A stretch of 62,247 nt of DNA, taken from contig BTID01000001.1 in NCBI GenBank assembly GCA_036245275.1, forward strand, positions 1-62,247, read 5' to 3'. The notes beneath the pieces were generated by a model that saw only the letters and a list, made by a program, of their open reading frames with translations, was not told the DNA's origin and searched no databases. A program made the position numbers and the translations under genes. Positions 30,815 to 38,981 of this stretch are shown here, piece by piece (position 1 is the stretch's first letter; every line of letters starts with the position of its first letter). Origin of the DNA: Termitinemataceae bacterium (GTDB taxonomy: Bacteria; Spirochaetota; Spirochaetia; Treponematales; Breznakiellaceae).

Positions 30815-31456
30815 ATGAACAGCAATAATATTTTTAGCCATGCGATTTATGACGGCTTCCGTGCAGACTGCGATGATGACGAAGACTGCAAAGAAAAATC
30901 CAAAGATAAACAACAGGACAATCTTGCAGAAAAAATGCTTAAAACACGGACAATTCTGCTATCCGGCGAGGTAAACAAAGACCTTGCAGAAAAGACTATT
31001 AAACAGCTTTTGCTTATGGAAAATCTGAATGATGAGCCTATTCGGATTTTTATAGATTCACCTGGCGGGGATGCCGATGCCGGTTATGCTATTTTTGATA
31101 TGATCCGCTTTATTAAACCGCCGGTTTGGACGGTTGGTATGGGGCTTGTGGCAAGTGCCGCAGCTATTATTCAACTTGCTGCACCAAAAAATCGGCGTGT
31201 AGGACTTCCAAACAGTCATTATTTGATTCATCAGCCCTTATCAGGAATACGCGGTGTAGCTACAGACATCGAAATTCACGCCCGCGAACTGGAAAAACTT
31301 CGCGAAAAGATCAATGTGCTTATTTCAGAAGAAACAGGCAAGCCAAAAGATCAAGTGGAAAAAGATACCGACCGCGACTACTGGATGACTGCCGAAGAAT
31401 CAGTGCAATACGGGCTTTTGTCCGCAGTGATTACAAAACGCTCTGAATTAAAATGA
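30815..31456 (+). CDS. clpP: ATP-dependent Clp protease proteolytic subunit (ClpP paralog with acidic N-terminal extension)
   Basis: IDSPGGDADAGYAIFD, GLVASAAAIIQLA (catalytic Ser context) and IHQPLSGIRG (His), with a later Asp. Confidence 0.85.
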   Translation: MNSNNIFSHAIYDGFRADCDDDEDCKEKSKDKQQDNLAEKMLKTRTILLSGEVNKDLAEKTIKQLLLMENLNDEPIRIFIDSPGGDADAGYAIFDMIRFIKPPVWTVGMGLVASAAAIIQLAAPKNRRVGLPNSHYLIHQPLSGIRGVATDIEIHARELEKLREKINVLISEETGKPKDQVEKDTDRDYWMTAEESVQYGLLSAVITKRSELK

Positions 31457-31893
31457 GCCTTCCCAAAACCGGCAAAAAACCTTGCATAGTTGTTGTTGAT
31501 GGTATGGGCGGCGGTATAGGCGTTCAATTGGTCGGCAAATTGCGTGAACACTTTGCCGAAAATATTGAAATTATTGCGCTTGGGACAAATGCCATTGCTG
31601 TTGAACGCATGGTCAAAGCAGGGGCGGATCGCGGAGCTGCCGGCGAGAATGCAATTATTCAATCGGTAGGACTTGGGGACTTTGTTTTGGGTCCGATTGG
31701 TGTTATAATATCTAATAGTATGATGGGTGAAATAACATATAAAATGACTAATGCGATTTTGTCTGCCGCCGGTGAACGTATCGTGTTACCCCTGCAAAAC
31801 GATCACCTGACATTGGCAGGCGGCGATGGCATACCGCTTTCAAAAATGATAGAAAAAGCCGTCGATATTGTCAAAGAAAGACTTACTGCGTAA
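31453..31893 (+). CDS. DUF3842-like small protein
   Basis: It has a 4-nt overlap (ATGA) with clpP. The CIVVVDGMGGGIGVQLV N-terminus resembles the DUF3842 family (assignment from memory). Confidence 0.55.
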   Translation: MSLPKTGKKPCIVVVDGMGGGIGVQLVGKLREHFAENIEIIALGTNAIAVERMVKAGADRGAAGENAIIQSVGLGDFVLGPIGVIISNSMMGEITYKMTNAILSAAGERIVLPLQNDHLTLAGGDGIPLSKMIEKAVDIVKERLTA

Positions 31894-31923
31894 CAAAAAT
31901 ACTAAGCAAACAAGAAGGACATA

Positions 31924-33726
31924 TTGAATAACAAATTTTTGAATAACATTAGCCGTTTTTCTTTTTTAATCTGCACATTCTTAGCGTCAAATTCGGTCTT
32001 TGCACAGGCAGATTTTGGATATGCCGATGAATTTAGCGGCAATGAATATAATTCCTACGAAGAATATACTGATTTTGAAGCTCCATTTGGTAACGATAAC
32101 GACAATGACAACGATAACTACACTTATAACGAAGCCCTTGATAGTTTTGCAGGCGATTCTTTTGATAATTCTGATGCCGAAAGCTCTTTTGACGATTCTA
32201 TTGGCAACTCTATTGATAATTCTCTTGGCAGCCCTATTGATAATTCTATTGACGGCAATGATTATGAGCCTAAACCGCGAAAAAGAGATTCAAGACGCAA
32301 GATTGAATTTTTGGCACAAAGTTTAGATTTAGATACCGAAGCCGGCGAAACAGATATAAGCGAAGAAATATATGGCTCAGATGAAGAAACCACAGATGAT
32401 GGCAAGGAAGCTAAATCAAAAGTAAAAATAAAACCGTCAAAAAAAACAAAGAATATTGGAGATCCTAGTGCCCCTGAGCTTTGGGCAGGATTGCGGAAAA
32501 AGCGGTATTTTGAATTAGGAATAGTTGGTCTGGAAGCCGGTCTAGATAACTCAATTTTTACATTTAAAGAGGCGATAGGCGCTTTAAAAGAGGAAGCGTT
32601 TTTTGACCCAAACAATATTAAAGGTGATTTTACATTCAATCTGGATATTTTTACCAAGCCTATTTATTTTAAAATCAATTCTGCGCGTACTATTGATTTT
32701 GAATTTTTTACCGGTGCCGCTTTGCGTGTTTACGGTGATATAAGCGGTGATACAATTTCCTCGTTAAGAACACTGCAGGGTCTTACAGATACCTCTTTTA
32801 ATTTTGAGGACATTGATTATATTCAAAATCTGTTTCAAACCTTGCAAACTATTAACGGTTCAGTAAACGCTGCGGCAAGTTTTTTTGCAGAAATCGGCGT
32901 TTCCGGTGCTAAAACGATACTAAACAACAGGCTTTGGATAAAAGTGTCTCCCGCAGTGTTCTTTACGGCATATTATATGCCTAATGCCGGTGTGGAACTA
33001 AAAAGCTTTGGCGGCGATATGGGTAATCCTGAACGCTTTATGGGTATGCGCGGATCCGGTGCGATTGATATTTATTCGGCGTTTGATATTTCGTCTCACG
33101 ATTATGCAAGAATGCTTGCCAGCCCTGGTTTTGATATTTCGTTAGAGGGGCGTTTTGCACTTTTCCGCATCGTTGATATAGGATTGCTAGTGCAAAATAT
33201 TCCCATTTTTCCATCAACGACACACTACCGTTCAGGTGTAAATCTTGATGTTCAATTTAGTGTACCCAATCCTACTTATAAAGGCTGGACACCGGAAGAG
33301 CTTGCCCATTATTTATTAAGCGGTGTCGGTTTTGCAATACCTGATATAACAAGCATGGTGCAAGAGCCTATTGAGGAATCAAAACTTGTTCACCGTCCGG
33401 TACATATTAACAGCTACCTGTTATTTAAGCCTTTTAAAACTCACCTTTTTGTTATAAAACCTAATTTTGGTGTTTCGATAAACAGTGTTATAGCACCGTT
33501 GTTGTTTAACTACGGCTTGGAATTCCAGCTTAATCTGCCAAAGATTCTTTCAATCAATATAGGAAGCGGTGTAAACGAAAAAAATTGGCGCAATAAAGCT
33601 GTTTTTGAACTTGATTTTAGAGTGTTTGAATTTGATATAGGCGCAGCACTGCAAGGTCCTACTTTTGTTGATAGTTGGAAACGAAATGGATTAGCTGCCA
33701 TAGTTGGTTTTAAGTTTGGATATTAA
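31924..33726 (+). CDS. Putative outer-membrane beta-barrel protein with acidic low-complexity N-terminal region
   Basis: TTG start. The signal peptide ends ...SVFAQA. There are DNDNDNDN and (D/G)NS(I/L)D repeats. The C-terminal half is beta-rich and ends ...GFKFGY (an aromatic terminal residue typical of OMP beta-signals). Confidence 0.5.
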   Translation: MNNKFLNNISRFSFLICTFLASNSVFAQADFGYADEFSGNEYNSYEEYTDFEAPFGNDNDNDNDNYTYNEALDSFAGDSFDNSDAESSFDDSIGNSIDNSLGSPIDNSIDGNDYEPKPRKRDSRRKIEFLAQSLDLDTEAGETDISEEIYGSDEETTDDGKEAKSKVKIKPSKKTKNIGDPSAPELWAGLRKKRYFELGIVGLEAGLDNSIFTFKEAIGALKEEAFFDPNNIKGDFTFNLDIFTKPIYFKINSARTIDFEFFTGAALRVYGDISGDTISSLRTLQGLTDTSFNFEDIDYIQNLFQTLQTINGSVNAAASFFAEIGVSGAKTILNNRLWIKVSPAVFFTAYYMPNAGVELKSFGGDMGNPERFMGMRGSGAIDIYSAFDISSHDYARMLASPGFDISLEGRFALFRIVDIGLLVQNIPIFPSTTHYRSGVNLDVQFSVPNPTYKGWTPEELAHYLLSGVGFAIPDITSMVQEPIEESKLVHRPVHINSYLLFKPFKTHLFVIKPNFGVSINSVIAPLLFNYGLEFQLNLPKILSINIGSGVNEKNWRNKAVFELDFRVFEFDIGAALQGPTFVDSWKRNGLAAIVGFKFGY

Positions 33727-33784
33727 AGATCACCTCTAAACCCTTGCGCCAACCGTGTGTTAGGCGCAGTGCCGCATTTTTACA

Positions 33785-34171
33785 CTATTTTTTTCTTGAA
33801 TGTTTTTCATAAAATATTATTAATTCTTCTTTTTTTATTTCACTTTTTGCCACACCCATTATTTCATCGTATAATATTTCATCAGGACAACTAAATTTAT
33901 AATCATTAATATCAAGAAATACTAATGAACTTGCAAGTGCTACACGTTTATTTCCATCAATAAACGGATGATTTTGACAAAGATGATACGCATATGCGGC
34001 AGCCATTGCCGGTATTGTGTTATGTAAATATTGTCCATTAAAACCTGATTGTGGAACATATATCGCGGAGCTTAATAAATTCAAATCCCGTACACCATAT
34101 ACCCCACCATAATTCCTAATTTGGTCCTCTAATATTATTAAGATTTCAGATAAGGTCAGAAATTTGATCAT
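33785..34171 (-). CDS. doc: Doc (death-on-curing) Fic-domain toxin
   Basis: Fic/Doc motif HPFIDGNKRVA. Size is 128 aa. It abuts the upstream antitoxin gene with no gap. Confidence 0.85.
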   Translation of the reverse strand: MIKFLTLSEILIILEDQIRNYGGVYGVRDLNLLSSAIYVPQSGFNGQYLHNTIPAMAAAYAYHLCQNHPFIDGNKRVALASSLVFLDINDYKFSCPDEILYDEIMGVAKSEIKKEELIIFYEKHSRKK

Positions 34172-34414
34172 TTATTCTCCAAGTTTCCTTAAAACATTTG
34201 AATATTGTTTATTTATTTTCTCCAACGAAATGAGGATATTATTTTCCTGGATATATTCCATTTGAGGAGATAATATTATATTTTTCCCGTCCGTAGTCAA
34301 TTCTAAGGGTGTTTCATTGGTGATGTTTAACATTTCCAGAATTGGTTTATCAATGACAAGAGCAACGCTATTTCCGTGTTGAATTAATTTTTTGACCATT
34401 TGTTTACTCCTCAT
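34172..34414 (-). CDS. AbrB/SpoVT-fold antitoxin (Phd-equivalent partner of Doc)
   Basis: 80 aa. The LIQHGNSVALVIDKPILEML looped-hinge-helix pattern is present. It sits directly upstream of doc. Confidence 0.7.
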   Translation of the reverse strand: MRSKQMVKKLIQHGNSVALVIDKPILEMLNITNETPLELTTDGKNIILSPQMEYIQENNILISLEKINKQYSNVLRKLGE

Positions 34415-34543
34415 ATGTTATAATGTATGATTTATTATAACATATTATTCATTGTATACATAATGTTGATACTTGTCAATACTTTTTGATCAAAAATTAT
34501 AAAAACCATTGATATTGCCAAATATATTTGGTAATATGAAAAT

Positions 34544-34732
34544 ATGCCTTTAAGTGGTAAAGAAATGCTTCAGCAGTACAAAAAGGCTGGATGAGCTGAA
34601 CTTTCTCAAGTAGGTTCACACGTAAAAGTGGGCAAAGCTGGTTTACGTAAAACCATACCTATGCATAAGGAATTAAAGAAAGGCATTGAGCAAAAACTAT
34701 TGAAAAGGCTAAAGGAAGAAGTGGGAAAATAA
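34544..34732 (+). pseudogene. hicA: hicA toxin gene interrupted by an in-frame TGA at the conserved Trp codon
   Basis: ATG is at 34544. Codon 17 (34592-34594) is TGA where HicA proteins have the G-W motif (KKAG*). The same frame continues AELSQVGSHVKVGKAGLRKTIPMHKELKKG... (GSH motif) to TAA 30-32, which overlaps the hicB ATG (TAATG). Confidence 0.7.
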
Positions 34733-35160
34733 TGAATTATCACTTTAAAATGCATGAAGAAAAAAACGGCTATTGGGCCGAATGTGTAGAACTAGATGGT
34801 TGTGTAACTCAAGGGGATAATTTGGAAGAGTTATATAAAAATTGTAAAGAGGCATTAAATTTATTCCTCGAAGAACCGAACGGTTCGCAAATCATATTTC
34901 CCCTGCCTACCGATTCGTTAGATAATGAAAAAAACATTATAAAAGCATCGGTATATCCAGAAATTGCCTTGGCTGTATTATTGAGGAATTATAGGCTTAA
35001 TTCAAATATGACACAAAAACAAATAGCTGAAATGTTGGGAATGAAAAATATTTATAGTTATCAACGGTTGGAAAAAAAATCAAATCCAACATTAACAATT
35101 ATAAATAAAATACATACGATATTTCCAGAAATTAAGTTGAATTATTTATTCGAGCCGTAG
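34732..35160 (+). CDS. hicB: HicB antitoxin with C-terminal XRE-type HTH
   Basis: MNYHFKMHEEKNGYWAECVELDGCVTQGDNLEE is a HicB RNase-H-like fold N-terminus. NMTQKQIAEMLGMKNIYSYQRLE is the HTH. Confidence 0.8.
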   Translation: MNYHFKMHEEKNGYWAECVELDGCVTQGDNLEELYKNCKEALNLFLEEPNGSQIIFPLPTDSLDNEKNIIKASVYPEIALAVLLRNYRLNSNMTQKQIAEMLGMKNIYSYQRLEKKSNPTLTIINKIHTIFPEIKLNYLFEP

Positions 35161-35220
35161 GGTTTAATACCCACTGCACGCACGCACCTGCTACGTGCAG
35201 GCTCTGCGGCGGGGATTTTT

Positions 35221-35343
35221 ATTGGCTATGATTTGTCTGGAAATCCGATAGAAATCCTCTTCAATGAAATTGGGGAGAATTCTTATCATGTTTTTCATGC
35301 GATGAAATGTCGTAAACAGTTGCGGGAGATCGCAAATATTTAG
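35221..35343 (+). pseudogene. C-terminal remnant of a small toxin-like gene (no start codon)
   Basis: The frame reads IGYDLSGNPIEILFNEIGENSYHVFHAMKCRKQLREIANI*. It has no in-frame ATG/GTG with an SD and abuts a GC-rich repeat fragment (35170-35215). It sits 9 nt upstream of an RHH-type ORF. The family is not securely recognised. Confidence 0.3.
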
Positions 35344-35352
35344 GAGAACACT

Positions 35353-35610
35353 ATGGCAGCTATAATGACCGAAGAAGAAGCGAATGCCCTTGATGAGCTA
35401 TATACAAAAAAAATCCCTCCCATACGGATAGGCGTTGGGGGTCTTCTGACTCGTCAGCGGGATTTGTTGCGTTCTCTTGACGAAGTGGCTGCAAATTATC
35501 TTATTACAAAGGCAACATCCACTAATAAAACGGTATCACAACTCATTGGCGAACTGGTACGAGAAAAAATAAACTCCGATATACCGGAACCTGCAATACT
35601 GGGGAAATAG
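35353..35610 (+). CDS. Small ribbon-helix-helix/CopG-like antitoxin-type protein
   Basis: SD AGGAG. 85 aa. The C-terminal TVSQLIGELVREKI resembles RHH antitoxins. The assignment is tentative. Confidence 0.45.
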   Translation: MAAIMTEEEANALDELYTKKIPPIRIGVGGLLTRQRDLLRSLDEVAANYLITKATSTNKTVSQLIGELVREKINSDIPEPAILGK

Positions 35611-35708
35611 GGTATGAGAAGCAGTATAAATGTTTCCATAATTACGTTGTAGAAACTGTGTGTTATGTGCTGTTCGACCACTTACACAATTATTTTACTA
35701 GCATTTCA

Positions 35709-35957
35709 TTACCATTCCCATTCAAAAGAATCATCTTGAATTTGTTCTGAAAATAACAGATTGTCATCTTCTTCTTTGTGCATCTTTAAAAATGCTTCTT
35801 TCCATCCACTTCTTGGTGGTTTTTCAATTCGTTTTATTACAATTTCGTTATTATACACATTCATTTCGACTTCGTTTTCAATACTAAGTTCATTCAGAAT
35901 GTTTTTGGGTATTCTAATTCCCTTTGAATTACCTATTGGCACCACAGAAACAAGCAT
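35709..35957 (-). CDS. mazE: MazE/AbrB-SpoVT family antitoxin, orphan (no intact mazF downstream)
   Basis: MLVSVVPIGNSKGIRIPKNILNEL is a SpoVT-AbrB swapped hairpin, with an acidic C-terminal tail. The downstream frame after TAATG gives only M-K-C-stop. Confidence 0.7.
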   Translation of the reverse strand: MLVSVVPIGNSKGIRIPKNILNELSIENEVEMNVYNNEIVIKRIEKPPRSGWKEAFLKMHKEEDDNLLFSEQIQDDSFEWEW

Positions 35958-36193
35958 AGTTTCCTCCTTAAAAAGTAATTATTATGTAATTACAGGAATT
36001 TATCAAGAGATTTTTTGTTTTTTCAATAAAAATCCCTTTGTATGCTTTTTTATATATTTTGGTCGAATTGCACATAACACCCGGTTTGCGGTTCGGGGCT
36101 AATGTCCCTCCGGGTTCCGTTCGCCTAGTTCAGTCGCTGCGCCCTTCCTACGGCTCACTCCACCCACATTTTGTCGTGGCGTTTGCTTTGGGC

Positions 36194-36231
36194 AAAAAAA
36201 ACACCAACAACGGCTTGTGCCGCTGTTGGTG
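36194..36231 (-). terminator. Rho-independent terminator of the glycine-rich lipoprotein gene
   Basis: The minus strand reads CACCAACAGCGGC-ACAA-GCCGTTGTTGGTG (13-bp stem, one mismatch) followed by TTTTTTTT. It lies 32 nt after the stop. Confidence 0.65.
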
Positions 36232-36262
36232 ACTTCAAAATCACTCTTTGTGAATTCGCCCT

Positions 36263-38608
36263 TTAATCAGTGCCGCCAGTAATAACTGAATGAGTCCACT
36301 TTACGACAACGATCCCTGAACCGCCTGGTGCGCCATTTACGCCGCCGCCGCCGCCGCCGCCGTTACCGGTTTGAGGTGCGCCTACGGTAGGAGTGCCCTG
36401 ACCGCTCAAGTGGCTTCGTGCATATTCGCGCTCGGTTCCGGTTATATCAATCTTGATACCGCGTCCCCAGTCAGTGCCAGCCTGCCCATAGCCAGTTCTT
36501 GTCGATGTTGAAGGGCTTGAACCGGCTCCACCGCCTGCCCATGAACAATGTTTCAGATCACCGCTTCGGTGCGTCCTAACAACACCGGTATTGCCCCATG
36601 CCATTCCCGTCTTGGGTCTAAAATTTTCATCAACGGTTCCGTCGGGTTGACGGGAGGCTAAATTGTAATAGAAGTCTAAGAGCGGCGTATAAAGGTCCGG
36701 CATACTCTGGCTTCCGGCATTATCGCCCCTAGGATCACCTTCGGTACTTCCACCTGAACTTCCGCCTGAACCGCCGTATAATTTAGTTTGGTCGCTGTTA
36801 TTGGCACCTCCGCCCCCGCCTGGAGCAACTAATTTGTTTACATTAGGGTTCGTTAAACTAACGAATGATGAGTCGCCGCCTTTTTGCGCCGCCGCAATAG
36901 GTAAATCCAATCCGCTAAGGGTAAATGTATCATTCACGCCTTTTGCCAAGCCGCTGCCGCCGCCGGCTCCTACTTTAACGGTGTATTTATTGTCCGTAAT
37001 GGCAAATGTTTTCGTGTAAATAACACCGCCGGCTCCTCCTGAACCTGTTTTACTGTCCTTACGGCCGGAAATAAAGTTGCCGCCAGCCCCTCCGCCGCCT
37101 ACTAAAAGGATTTCAACCGTACTCGGTCTGTTTTCGGGGTTAAACTCCAATGTCCATGCCTTTTGTCCGCCGGTTTCTATGGTGTCTTTTGATGATAGAT
37201 AGAAAGTGTGGATTTCTGTAACTGTCGTGGTGTTGCCAACTTTAGTTTCATCAAAGTAGGTCGTTCCGCCTTTCGCTTTAGGATCATAGGTCGAAGGAAG
37301 GTTTGCAAGGCTAATTGTGTAAACCTTTGTCTTTGTATCATCTTCCGCCTGAACTGTTACGGTAAATTCTGCTTCGCTCTCGCCGCCCTTATAGGTAACA
37401 TCGCCGTAAGCACTGCCCATAGTAAAAGTCCCATTGTCAATTTTAACTCTTGAACCCGGATCATTTGTTTCCACAACAACCGATACTTCACTTGATCCAA
37501 ACGGAGGATATGCGTAAAATTGAACCGGATTGTAATCAGTCTGGGAAGTTCCGTAGGGTGCTACAGCGGCAACTAGTTTTTCCTGGCTGCCTTCAATTGT
37601 TTTTGTATAAATTTCGTTGACACCGGAAATGTTGACAGAGACCAAACGGGCATCTACAGTCGGAACAGCCCGTACAACCCTAAAGTGATAGACATTTTCT
37701 ACGGCTTGTTCATACATTTGCTGCACGGTTTTGCCGGTACCTATTACTGTTGCATTTTTGTCGGCATCAGAAACACCGGTTAATCCTGAAGGATACCTTA
37801 CTTTAACTTGCGGAATAACTTTTACATTGATAAGGAAGTATTCAACGGGCGGATCGTCACTTGTTGTTGATAACGAATTGTCCGTCGTATCTGTCCATGA
37901 AGATGTTGCGAATGTCCACGATGATCCGGCATACGAGTTTACGGGAAGCGGGGTTATATTTACGGTAGGATACCCTGAATAGGCAATATAAGCCCCATAA
38001 TATTTGTTGTTGTCATCGTCCGGAAACGATTTGGTAATAGGATTGGGTAAATTCAAGTCCACGGAACCGTTAGAAAAATCCAAGCTGTAAAGCTCATTTG
38101 TGTAATAGCTTGGTGATTTAAGAACATCCGAGGCATTGATATACACAATTGTTACCGCAACGGGACCTTCTGGCATTGTAAACTTGTTACTGGCACTCAA
38201 AGGGATATTTGAACCGTTTTCTGCAACAACTTTTGTTAAACCGGCGTCAACCGCATGATCTGCAAGAGCCGGTATGGTAACCGTTACGCTAGTGCCTTGT
38301 TTGGCTGCTGCTACACTGGTTGTTGGTACCGGAGCGGTAATTTCTTGCGGAAAATCAACAAGTTGCAGGGTTTCTACTCCGCTTCCTTCCCCAGTTTCGT
38401 CAATAAATTGAGCCAATTTTGCAACAATGGTTATAGGGTACGGCGTTTGAGGGTCATACTTCTTGCTAGATCCTCCCGATCCTCCTGCGGATTGTTCCAC
38501 TGAGCCGTCGCTCGACGGACAAGCTGTAACTAAAATACATGCTGCAATAGATGCAACAAAAAGCAAGAAAGATTTTCTTACATTTTTGTAATTTTTTTCT
38601 GTTTTCAT
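36263..38608 (-). CDS. Lipoprotein with Ig-like N-terminal half and C-terminal glycine-rich (phage-tail-fibre-like Gly-rich) domain
   Basis: Lipobox LVTAC. C-terminal blocks are LLVGGGGAGG...GSGGAGGVIY...YTVKVGAGGG...GGDSSF...APGGGGGAN...GGSGGSSGGS...GNGGGGGGGVNGAPGGSGIVVVKW. Confidence 0.6.
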   Translation of the reverse strand: MKTEKNYKNVRKSFLLFVASIAACILVTACPSSDGSVEQSAGGSGGSSKKYDPQTPYPITIVAKLAQFIDETGEGSGVETLQLVDFPQEITAPVPTTSVAAAKQGTSVTVTIPALADHAVDAGLTKVVAENGSNIPLSASNKFTMPEGPVAVTIVYINASDVLKSPSYYTNELYSLDFSNGSVDLNLPNPITKSFPDDDNNKYYGAYIAYSGYPTVNITPLPVNSYAGSSWTFATSSWTDTTDNSLSTTSDDPPVEYFLINVKVIPQVKVRYPSGLTGVSDADKNATVIGTGKTVQQMYEQAVENVYHFRVVRAVPTVDARLVSVNISGVNEIYTKTIEGSQEKLVAAVAPYGTSQTDYNPVQFYAYPPFGSSEVSVVVETNDPGSRVKIDNGTFTMGSAYGDVTYKGGESEAEFTVTVQAEDDTKTKVYTISLANLPSTYDPKAKGGTTYFDETKVGNTTTVTEIHTFYLSSKDTIETGGQKAWTLEFNPENRPSTVEILLVGGGGAGGNFISGRKDSKTGSGGAGGVIYTKTFAITDNKYTVKVGAGGGSGLAKGVNDTFTLSGLDLPIAAAQKGGDSSFVSLTNPNVNKLVAPGGGGGANNSDQTKLYGGSGGSSGGSTEGDPRGDNAGSQSMPDLYTPLLDFYYNLASRQPDGTVDENFRPKTGMAWGNTGVVRTHRSGDLKHCSWAGGGAGSSPSTSTRTGYGQAGTDWGRGIKIDITGTEREYARSHLSGQGTPTVGAPQTGNGGGGGGGVNGAPGGSGIVVVKWTHSVITGGTD

Positions 38609-38687
38609 AAAAATTCTCCTGTAAATATATTTGCTCGCACAACAAGCATACCATAAGTATATATAGGAAAAGAAAAAAAATCAAGGG

Positions 38688-38918
38688 GACGCAAACCGAG
38701 GGGGTGCAAAAATTTTTAATGGCACATTTAAAGAATTTTAACACAGAGTTCACAGAGGAACACAGAGAAGAAGATGAGGAATAAGAATTTAAGAATTTTT
38801 TGTTCTTCCTCCGAATTCCCTCCGTGTACCTCCTGTACCTCCGTGTTAAATTCGCCTTAGCAGTTTGCCTTAGCAATTTGCCATTATTTTTTGTTGGACG
38901 CAACCGAGGGGTGCAAAA
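38688..38918. mobile_element. Full palindromic MITE-like element (copy B) flanked by a 22-24 nt direct repeat
   Basis: Its arms are ...AATGGCACATTTAAAGAATTTTAACACAGAG... and ...CTCCGTGTTAAATTCGCC...TTGCCATT. The flanks GACGCAAACCGAGGGGGTGCAAAA (38688-38711) and GACGCAACCGAGGGGTGCAAAA (38897-38918) are direct repeats. It lies in the divergent promoter region between 38608 and 38982. Confidence 0.7.
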
Positions 38919-38981
38919 GGGGTGTCCGAAATTGGCACTTTCGCATATAGTACATGTAGGATTTAATCAAGCGAGGTAAAT

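Noticed and set aside
31126-32657. Alternative-frame ORFs in clpP (31126-31446) and in the acidic-repeat gene (32000-32326 and 32262-32657)
   Set aside because: They are frame artefacts of repetitive or GC-skewed coding sequence inside well-supported genes.
34592-34594. In-frame TGA in hicA read as selenocysteine or as a Trp codon (alternative genetic code)
   Set aside because: TGA is used as a normal stop by well-conserved genes in this window (cdaA at 3851-3853, cysK at 48532-48534, U32 at 42032-34). I saw no SECIS-like hairpin directly downstream. A nonsense mutation is the simplest reading.
35496-35681. 61-aa minus-strand ORF downstream of mazE as a possible mazF toxin
   Set aside because: It has no MazF-like motifs and overlaps the plus-strand RHH ORF. 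The position directly after mazE (TAATG) gives only M-K-C-stop.
38466-38903. 145-aa ORF, and the similar 61-aa ORF at 61941-62126, sharing the peptide KANLTRRYRRYTE.IRRKNKKFL
   Set aside because: The shared peptide is just the translation of the MITE arm (CCTCCGTGT... repeats). It has no SD, and the ORFs run across element boundaries and overlap the start of a real gene.
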